A stretch of 32,000 nt of DNA, taken from contig JAWCFL010000001.1 of NCBI GenBank assembly GCA_038858525.1, forward strand, positions 60,001 to 92,000, written 5' to 3'. This document shows, piece by piece, positions 24,992 to 32,000 of the stretch; positions within the stretch are counted from its first letter, which is position 1; the number at the start of each line of letters is the position of its first letter. The DNA comes from Candidatus Jordarchaeales archaeon. Its GTDB lineage: Archaea > Asgardarchaeota > Jordiarchaeia > Jordiarchaeales > Freyrarchaeaceae. The position numbers and the translations under genes were made by a program. The notes beneath the pieces were generated by a model, which saw only the letters and a program-made list of their open reading frames with translations, did no database searches and was not told the origin of the DNA.

Positions 24992-26410
24992 TTGAGTGAA
25001 CTTAGGAGAAGAGTTGATGCTATTACGGAGGCTGCGGACAGCTTTAGGGTAAGAGCGTTTTTCACTGGAGAAAAAGAGATAGTAGAGGCAGGGAAGTTTT
25101 CTAAGGGAGAGTACGAAAGATACTTGGATTACTTGCTAGAAGACGAGTTTAGGAGACGGCTTGTGCTCGGAGTTATAAGAGAAGGAGAGGGACTAACAAT
25201 AGAAGAGATAGCTCATAGAACAGGGTTTTCCAAGCTTGAAGTGGCTAGGCATGTTAATGCGTTAAGATACGAAGAATTAGTCGAATGTAAAGATGACGGA
25301 CTCGTAATTACCAGGAAGGAAGAACAGCGAAAAGTGCCTTATGAGAAAATAAAGTTCATTGTTGAAGAGGGATTATGCACTGGGTGCGGTGGATGCATTG
25401 CGGCTTGCCCGGTTTACGCCATAACTTTCATTGATGAGAAGCCTGTGATAGATGAAGGCAAATGTATAGGTTGCGGTATTTGCAACATTCACTGCCCTAG
25501 AACATTCTTCCCCATAAGCATGATTAGGGAAAGCTTGAAGGGCAGCCCTGTCAACGTGGAAACAGAGGGCGTATCGTTCTTTAGGCAAGCTTACACTGCA
25601 CAGACGGCCAAGGAGAAAGTGAAGCAGGTTTGCCAAGACGGAGGAATAGTGACTTCCATTCTAGCATATCTTTTCGATAAGGGAATGATAGACTGCGCTA
25701 TAGGCGTCAGAAAGGCGGATGAATATTGGAGGACGCAGGCAACGTTAGTTACTAACTTAGAGGAGCTACTTGGAATTGCAGGAACTAAGTATACGGTGAC
25801 TCCTTCAGTTTCCTTGTTGGAGGAAGTTAAGAGAAGGGGCTTTAGAAGAGTTGCTGTTGTTGGGGTTCCTTGCCAGATACATACTGTTAGAAAAGCTGAG
25901 GCTTACTCCTCTGAGCTCTTGTCGTCCCTTGGAGAGATTGTAGCTTTAATAGGGATTTTCTGCATGGAAAACTTCGGGTACATTGCCCTTAGAGAAATAG
26001 TTGAAAACCGTCTCGGCGTTAAACTCGAAGATGTTGCTAAGTTTAACATAGATAAAGGAAAGTTCTTTGCCCACACTAAAAATGGTGAAGAAAGATCGAT
26101 ACCAGTTAAAGAGATATCCATGTTAGCGAGGCATGCATGCCACTACTGCCCCGACTTAACTAATGAGTTAGCAGACATATCTGTTGGGTCTATAGGATCT
26201 TCGAAGGGATGGTCAACAGTGCTGGTAAGGACTAAGCGAGGGGAAGAAATATTTGAAGGAGCTTTAAGGGAGGGCTATGTAACCGCTAATCCGCTTCCGG
26301 ACGCCAGCATGGAGCTACTTCAGAAGCTGGCCAAGGGAAAAAGAAAGAGAAATCTTGAAGCATTAAGCGAGAGAGCAAGAGAGGGAAAATATGCAACACT
26401 AGTCATTTAA
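24992..26410 (+). CDS. Winged-HTH + 2x[4Fe-4S] ferredoxin + F420-binding FrhB/FdhB-family protein
   Basis: TTG at 24992 after GGAGGGTG. LTIEEIAHRTGFSKLEVARHVNAL (HTH); CTGCGGCIAACP and CIGCGICNIHCP; QDGGIVT, GTKY, VGVPCQ, GIFCMENF and CHYCPDLTNELADISVGSIGS. Confidence 0.88.
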   Translation: MSELRRRVDAITEAADSFRVRAFFTGEKEIVEAGKFSKGEYERYLDYLLEDEFRRRLVLGVIREGEGLTIEEIAHRTGFSKLEVARHVNALRYEELVECKDDGLVITRKEEQRKVPYEKIKFIVEEGLCTGCGGCIAACPVYAITFIDEKPVIDEGKCIGCGICNIHCPRTFFPISMIRESLKGSPVNVETEGVSFFRQAYTAQTAKEKVKQVCQDGGIVTSILAYLFDKGMIDCAIGVRKADEYWRTQATLVTNLEELLGIAGTKYTVTPSVSLLEEVKRRGFRRVAVVGVPCQIHTVRKAEAYSSELLSSLGEIVALIGIFCMENFGYIALREIVENRLGVKLEDVAKFNIDKGKFFAHTKNGEERSIPVKEISMLARHACHYCPDLTNELADISVGSIGSSKGWSTVLVRTKRGEEIFEGALREGYVTANPLPDASMELLQKLAKGKRKRNLEALSERAREGKYATLVI

Positions 26411-26468
26411 GTCGAGGCTATCCTCTTAATTTTTCTTAATAATTTTAATTTTAGCAAAAAAAGAAGGA

Positions 26469-27596
26469 TTATAGCCGCTTAACTATAAAGTTTCCTTCGT
26501 TATCCTCTAACGTTACTTGGTAATTTTCGGCTTGCTCCTCATAATCGAAGGATATCTCCCCGCTAGGAGGTAACTCGCTTATGCCTTGAATGAATGGTTT
26601 AACTTCAAATAGTTCTTCCTTAATAGCGCTTACACGCACTGTTACTCCTCTTAAGACGCTGGTTGACGTATTTTTAACTGTAAAAGTTGTTTTTGATGCC
26701 CCCTTGTTCATTGAAACAATGATAAGGCGTGGGTCTAAGAGTTTGGAGAGAGGTTTGGGCTCTTCCACTGGTCTCTCAAAGATTTTCTCTTCGACCTTTT
26801 CCTCTGTAATCACGTTTATTGGGATCTGGAACTTTATGGATTCGCCGCCAGCCTTCACGCATTCCACCTCAAGATACCATCTAGAGTACGCCCCGAAGGT
26901 TAAAGACCAGTAGGTCACTTCGGGAGGTTCCCAAAGGTAGTTGTAGCTTGGCTCAGCGTATCCAGGTATCTTTATAGTCACGAAACCTGACCCTGGATTT
27001 CTCTCTTCGACAGAAAGAACCTTTTCTTTTGGTTGTTTTTTAACGTGAGCGCATACCGTTCTATACTGGGGACAGGCACATTGTACGTTTGCTTCATGGA
27101 CTAGGTTAACGAACATCGTTCTGACGTTTTGGGTGGAATAGTTTAGTTTGACTTCTTCTCCAGGTTTAAACGTATCTTTGTCCAGAGAGAAGGACATGCC
27201 CTTTATATTCATTGAAACTGGTGTCGCCTCAGCGGCCACTCTAGCTATTAGAGTCACTGGTTTCTCGGATTGTATCCGCCATTCTTCTTCGCGTGTTCCG
27301 GTTTTCTTTATGGAAAGTGAAGCTCTAAGAGTATAGTTGACCTTGTTGGGTATTGATGGGACGACACGTCTACTGATAATTAGTTCCCGTGACCGTATAT
27401 ATTCACCCTTCCTTAATATGCCTTCGCAGAAAACGTCGCTGCTCGCCACAGTGAGCTCGTTTCCACATGGAAGCTTAGTGAGGACGGAAAGTCCTCCACT
27501 CCAGATTTCCATATCTTCATCTATGCTAAAGACCGTCTTAGTTTTTAATGAGCCACCTACCTCTGCAACATCATCTGAAGACAGTTTTACAGACAT
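26469..27596 (-). CDS. Beta-sandwich protein, arrestin/Vps26-like by inspection, with a C-terminal domain shared with the FrhB-like protein at 28606-30093
   Basis: Two alternating-hydrophobicity beta regions (VVPSIP..VNYTLRASL; FSLDKDTFKPGEEVKLNY...IKIP...WYLEV...FQIPINV), a CxC-x5-CxH insert and an 87-aa tail. The ATG at 27596 avoids the overlap of the track start (27650). Confidence 0.6.
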   Translation of the reverse strand: MSVKLSSDDVAEVGGSLKTKTVFSIDEDMEIWSGGLSVLTKLPCGNELTVASSDVFCEGILRKGEYIRSRELIISRRVVPSIPNKVNYTLRASLSIKKTGTREEEWRIQSEKPVTLIARVAAEATPVSMNIKGMSFSLDKDTFKPGEEVKLNYSTQNVRTMFVNLVHEANVQCACPQYRTVCAHVKKQPKEKVLSVEERNPGSGFVTIKIPGYAEPSYNYLWEPPEVTYWSLTFGAYSRWYLEVECVKAGGESIKFQIPINVITEEKVEEKIFERPVEEPKPLSKLLDPRLIIVSMNKGASKTTFTVKNTSTSVLRGVTVRVSAIKEELFEVKPFIQGISELPPSGEISFDYEEQAENYQVTLEDNEGNFIVKRL

Positions 27597-27630
27597 GGGC
27601 CACAACCCAGAAAAGTTTTTACATGGAGAA

Positions 27631-28545
27631 CTACTTTTCGGTGTGAGCACGCACCACTAAATCTGCGAATACTTCCATGTCCTTTAGGAGAGTTTCCACT
27701 TTTTCCTCGTCTTTCTTATCGAATTTGCCGCTCTTCATTATAAGAACAGCTATGATGTATTTGAAGAGATTTAAGACCAATTCTTTCCCATCGCTTTTGC
27801 CTTTTCCCGTGAAGACCGCTGAGTCAACCATGAAAAAGTTTTCCCTTAGATTATTGCATGCGGTGATAAAGTCTCTCAGGTCAGCTCTAAGTTGCAATCC
27901 AGTACTTACTCCCTGAACATTATGGACTATGACGTTTCCCGCAGTGTCACTTATAATTACCTTTGCAGGTATTTCTGCTAGTTGTTTCTGTGCGTTTTCA
28001 AGGTGCTTCTGAAGCTCCTCATAGTGGGCTACCAAAATGTCCCTGAATATTTCGGCAAGTCTCTCCTGTTCATAAATGGAAGTCACATAGTACTTTGCAC
28101 CCCACTTGTCGAAGATGTCACTAAAAACGCGTTTAGCCTCGCTCAAGTTCTTCTCTAATAGTTCTTTAGCGTAATCCTTAACGTCGTACTTGTGGAAGAA
28201 AACATAAATTGCAGGCTTAACGCCTTCCTTTTTAAAGAAGTTCAAAACCTTCTGGAAGTAGTTTTTGGCTTCTTCAAACTTACCTGGGTCATGAAGGTCT
28301 ATCACTGGGATCAGAATATCTGTGCCAGCGAAAACTTTTGGGTCCTCTAAGTATGATTCAATGTATTGTTCCTGCCCGCCGAAATCGAAGAGGCTTACGT
28401 CAAGTCCCAAAAAGGGATGACGGCGCACCTCATACATCACGGTGGGAGCAATTCCTTTCGTCTCTTGGGGCTTCTTACCGGCAAAGGTTGTAAGGTATAT
28501 GCTTGTTTTTCCACTACCAGCCAACCCTATAAGTGAAATCTTCAT
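27631..28545 (-). CDS. Rag/Gtr-family small GTPase fused to a C-terminal roadblock/longin-like domain
   Basis: G1 GLAGSGKTS, G2 APT, G3 DFGGQ, G4 HKYD, G5 TSIY (compare RagA DCGGQ/HKMD/TSIW); C-terminal domain of about 120 aa beginning KVIISDTAGNVI. Confidence 0.85.
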   Translation of the reverse strand: MKISLIGLAGSGKTSIYLTTFAGKKPQETKGIAPTVMYEVRRHPFLGLDVSLFDFGGQEQYIESYLEDPKVFAGTDILIPVIDLHDPGKFEEAKNYFQKVLNFFKKEGVKPAIYVFFHKYDVKDYAKELLEKNLSEAKRVFSDIFDKWGAKYYVTSIYEQERLAEIFRDILVAHYEELQKHLENAQKQLAEIPAKVIISDTAGNVIVHNVQGVSTGLQLRADLRDFITACNNLRENFFMVDSAVFTGKGKSDGKELVLNLFKYIIAVLIMKSGKFDKKDEEKVETLLKDMEVFADLVVRAHTEK

Positions 28546-28605
28546 GCGGATCCCCTCCAGTTTCGGCTTACAAAAGAGGAAAAATTAGCTTTAAACGTTT
28601 CCGTT

Positions 28606-30093
28606 TCACTCCTTCTTAAGCTCAGCCATCGTGATACGCTTCACCAGTATGGGGCCACGTTTAGTAGCAACTCTCACCAAGTACTCCCTGTCATTTGATG
28701 CACGCGGATACTTGAATTCAAGCTCTTCTGATGGATGCCACATTTCGATGTCCGTTGTCCAGGCATTTGTTTCGAACAACTCATCAACGTGAGATATTCG
28801 CACATTTACGTCATAAAGGATCTGCCCTGAGCTGTTTTGAAGGACCAACAGAAGTTCCTGACCGCCATTCGTCAACGCAGACTCCACAATTTTAACAGGA
28901 GACTTACCAGTCAGTTTAATGCCCTCCATAACTTCCTTCTCTAATGGGATCGGCCCTGCCTTCAGTTCTAATTCTGCTAACGGCACCCCGGGAACTCTCA
29001 CGACGTAAGTTCGCCGTCTCTTAACAGTGTAAAGCTGAACCTTCTTAACTCTAGCCAAGTTCAGCACACTTGTAAGTCCCTGCCTGTCAAGCGGCTCAAC
29101 TTCAAGGTAACCATTCTCAGCGGCATTATAAAGAAGTTCAAGAGCAATGGGGGACCTCACTAGAACTGTTGAGTAGCCCTCGGGGGAGCCAACGCTACCA
29201 ACAGATATATCCGCGTCCTCAGAAGTCAAATCTGAACAGAAATAGCAGCTTGATGCTCTATACTTGTCTAGCCTGCTCAGAGGATATGAAGCCACTTTAT
29301 CTCCGTCATAGTAAACGTTAAATTTACCAGCGGAAATGCTCATCTTCGAAATAGACGCCAAAGGAATCTTCTCTTCTTCCTCAAAAAAGGTCTTTAAGCC
29401 CTCATAGGAGAACGAGTCCATACAGAACAAGCCTACCTTAAGGATATTAGCTCTCATCAAGAGGCGAAGCATCCCAGCAGGGAACCCCTGCATTTTCTTA
29501 ACAGCAGATATATTGCATGGAGTGCCAACGAAAGCCAAAGAGGTTAACCCTCTTTTTATCGCGTCAACTAAAGCTCTAACAGTGTAACTGTGCGAGTAAA
29601 CGCTACCTGAACCTTCCAGTATTTCCTCCTCAGTAGTGGCGACAACAGCTACAGGCTTCCATGGCTCCTCTTTGCTCTTATGCGTCACCACAGCACCATC
29701 AATTAATCCTTCTCTCAAGGCATAGAGAAGTAATCCGGTAACCACACCTCCATCCTGCCCACGAACAGCGTCGATCTTACACTTAGCCTTGTAAGCCGAG
29801 ATAAAATCACCTATTAAGTCATCCACATGAGTCCTTGTTCTAGGACATACATTATAGCACACTCCACAGGCGGTGCACTTTCCCTTAAGAGTTGGTCGTC
29901 CATCAACCATTTCCAGGGCGTTTTCGGGGCATGACGCTATGCAAGCAGTGCACTCTGTACAAACTCCTGAAAGTATGACGTGGTTTTGAAGACGAGCAAA
30001 GTTTTCGAATTTCTTTTCTTTTAGAGCGCGTTCCGGGTAAAAGTAGCTTACGTGAGTTTCTTCGTTAGACGATGACAAGCCCTCACCATCCAC
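28606..30093 (-). CDS. Ferredoxin + FrhB-family F420-binding protein with an extra C-terminal beta domain
   Basis: CTECTACIASCP, CTACGVCYNVCP, GQDGGVVT, FVGTPCN, GLFCMDSF and CYFCSDLTSEDADISVGSVGS, plus an extension of about 140 aa. Confidence 0.88.
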   Translation of the reverse strand: MDGEGLSSSNEETHVSYFYPERALKEKKFENFARLQNHVILSGVCTECTACIASCPENALEMVDGRPTLKGKCTACGVCYNVCPRTRTHVDDLIGDFISAYKAKCKIDAVRGQDGGVVTGLLLYALREGLIDGAVVTHKSKEEPWKPVAVVATTEEEILEGSGSVYSHSYTVRALVDAIKRGLTSLAFVGTPCNISAVKKMQGFPAGMLRLLMRANILKVGLFCMDSFSYEGLKTFFEEEEKIPLASISKMSISAGKFNVYYDGDKVASYPLSRLDKYRASSCYFCSDLTSEDADISVGSVGSPEGYSTVLVRSPIALELLYNAAENGYLEVEPLDRQGLTSVLNLARVKKVQLYTVKRRRTYVVRVPGVPLAELELKAGPIPLEKEVMEGIKLTGKSPVKIVESALTNGGQELLLVLQNSSGQILYDVNVRISHVDELFETNAWTTDIEMWHPSEELEFKYPRASNDREYLVRVATKRGPILVKRITMAELKKE

Positions 30094-30136
30094 CTTTTCT
30101 CTGGAAAGATAAAAAGGATCTAGTTGAATATAAAAA

Positions 30137-32000
30137 TTATTGAGTGGTAGATATTTTTTGTCTTTGTCCTGGTGGACTTTTTTTCGTGTTATTTCTTTTT
30201 TGGGTAGAACCGTGCAGGAGAAAGAGCATTATGACTAGGATGGCTGTTATGGTTATTGTAAGCGGGATTCGCCATGTGACTTGTTGTGAGACTACTAATG
30301 GGAGGTTTAGGGGCACTCTGTGTTCCGTTATTGTTATAGATTTGGCATCTGAAACATATATTTTCCCATTTTCCGTTGTTGCTACTGCGTAAATTACTAT
30401 TTTGTTTTCGAGTTTTGTTGTGTCAAGTTGGAAGCAAACTTTATTTTCCTGTGAGGTTTTCGTGATTGTTTTTTGTCCACTTATAACTATAACTGTTAGG
30501 TTAACAATTCTGTAGGGATGAGTGGCTGTAATGCTTATTGATACTGTTTCGCCTTTCTTTGCTTCCGAGGGAATTTGTATATTGAACTGTGCCGGGGCTA
30601 TGTCTCCAGCTAACCATTCACACAAAGATTTGAATAATTGAATGTTGTCTTTTTCTGTTACCGAGGTGTTTTTCCATAGATCTAGGTCGGCGACAAACGC
30701 TACTTTTCCATTATGCCATTCGATGCATGAGGCAATGATGTATTCTTGAGTGATGGATGGAGCAACAAGTAATGGTCTTCCTCCCTCGACTTTTCCAGGG
30801 TCTTCTAGCAGGATTTCGTTTGCCCTGAATGTTTGAGGCGCTTTCGTGCATCTGGCAATTACAGTACCTGATAGACTCGATGTTGAGAAAGCGACATTAA
30901 AGTATGATGCGAGCTTGTTCGCGTTACTTGCTAGAGCTGGGTCATTCTCTCCGATTATAAGTAGGCTTCCACCTGATTGGACAAAGCTAAGTACGGCTTC
31001 AATCTCGTCTTTAGTATAGTTTTGTGAAGGGTAATAAACGACGAGTATGTCGAAGTTTCTAAGGGTTTCGAGTGTTATTTCGCTGGTAAGTTTCTCGAAG
31101 TAGAATAGACTTGCGTTGAGTGTGTTTCTGAGGATAGAGGTGTTGTTCCAGAGTTCCAAATAACGGTCTTGTTGATGATACTCATCGATAAGGATTTTTA
31201 TGGGAGCTCCCACCTCAATAATGGTTTGAAAGGGAGAGAAGCCTTCTTTGGTCACCGTTACGTTATATATGCCTCTTTCAGGGCAGGGAAAACGTATTTC
31301 GCCGTTTTTGTCTGTGATGTATGTGTGGTAGTAGTTTAATCCTTTTATGCACACATAAGCACCGTTAATGGGAGCGTTTCCATCTGAAACCCTGAGTGTT
31401 GTTATGCGCCCAGGAACCAAACGATTATCGACTTCTAAGTTTAAGCTCTTTATCGGCCCGAAGCATACTGGAAGCTCAGGGTCACCTAGAAGGATGTACT
31501 CAAGGAACAGTTGGGTATACGTCACGTTGTTTTCAAGTAGATTTTTGTATGACTTATAGTATTCCTCCTTAGCTTTGTATAGGGCGTACCCTGGACGTTG
31601 GTTGAATGGCTGGTCTGCACTGAAGAAAACTTTGAAGAAGGTGTAATCGAAGAAGGTGTCTGCGGCGTCGTTTATCGTGTCACCGCCGAAGGTTGTTCTG
31701 GTTGACGCTATAACCGCTATGGCGCCACCTCCAGAATTTTTAAGTAAAGATTCTGCAATGGAGTCGGTGCCACCATCAATGTAACCTGCAAGGCACGCTG
31801 ATATGAAAAACAAAGGTAGACGGTAACCATTAGAGAGGTTTTTCGCGGTATTTGAAGTTAAAAATGGTGGGGAGTTTTGCGCAATATAAAGACCAGTTTG
31901 GCTTCCGTGAGAGCATATATTAACTATCGCTACCCCTTCGCTGACTTTCTCCATAAAAGATTGCTCTGTGAGGTTGTCAAAATTCCGTATACTGTCATAT
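30137..32000 (-). CDS. Membrane-anchored peptidase C25 (gingipain-like) with Ig-like and GldG/DUF4350-like domains; 5' end outside the window
   Basis: Frame open to the window edge. Catalytic-type IVNICSHGS and FFISACLAG, AIAVIASTR and YILLGDPEL; ILIDEYH/GGSLLIIGE Rossmann-like domain; C-terminal TM helix with a basic tail. Confidence 0.82.
   Translation of the reverse strand, partial: YDSIRNFDNLTEQSFMEKVSEGVAIVNICSHGSQTGLYIAQNSPPFLTSNTAKNLSNGYRLPLFFISACLAGYIDGGTDSIAESLLKNSGGGAIAVIASTRTTFGGDTINDAADTFFDYTFFKVFFSADQPFNQRPGYALYKAKEEYYKSYKNLLENNVTYTQLFLEYILLGDPELPVCFGPIKSLNLEVDNRLVPGRITTLRVSDGNAPINGAYVCIKGLNYYHTYITDKNGEIRFPCPERGIYNVTVTKEGFSPFQTIIEVGAPIKILIDEYHQQDRYLELWNNTSILRNTLNASLFYFEKLTSEITLETLRNFDILVVYYPSQNYTKDEIEAVLSFVQSGGSLLIIGENDPALASNANKLASYFNVAFSTSSLSGTVIARCTKAPQTFRANEILLEDPGKVEGGRPLLVAPSITQEYIIASCIEWHNGKVAFVADLDLWKNTSVTEKDNIQLFKSLCEWLAGDIAPAQFNIQIPSEAKKGETVSISITATHPYRIVNLTVIVISGQKTITKTSQENKVCFQLDTTKLENKIVIYAVATTENGKIYVSDAKSITITEHRVPLNLPLVVSQQVTWRIPLTITITAILVIMLFLLHGSTQKRNNTKKSPPGQRQKISTTQ

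Noticed and set aside
1-32000. CRISPR arrays, rRNA genes, integrase or transposase genes, tRNA-Sec
   Set aside because: None recognised in this window by manual reading.

Overview
Archaeal chromosome segment, most likely from an Asgard archaeon (inferred from a Rag-type GTPase, eukaryote-like SECIS hairpins, a methanogen-type SerRS and CarS). The left part is mostly housekeeping: a Dim2-like KH protein, a GT2 glycosyltransferase, acdB, a GPN-loop GTPase, carS, radB, a Clp1/Nol9 kinase, a porB-porG/D-porA cluster, an augmented Sm protein, rpl23, ogg, a Zn-ribbon/Yip1 protein and a KaiC/RAD55-like ATPase. Three tRNA genes hidden by non-canonical BHB introns were reconstructed by hand: Leu(GAG) with 2 introns, Asp(GUC) with 4 and Pro(UGG) with 3. 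A decayed duplicate of the tRNA-Asp promoter and 5' part lies 1847 bp upstream of the intact gene, bracketing a small island of orphan ORFs. After serS and leuS, hdrA and vhuD/mvhD each carry two in-frame TGA codons at conserved Cys positions (selenocysteine), and each is followed by a SECIS-like hairpin. A wHTH-ferredoxin-FrhB gene follows. Converging on it is a three-gene unit (FrhB-like protein, Rag-like GTPase-roadblock, arrestin-like beta protein) whose first and last genes share a homologous C-terminal domain of about 70-90 aa; this is the best candidate for an undescribed system. The window ends inside a gingipain-like C25 peptidase. All family assignments come from motif recognition, not database searches.
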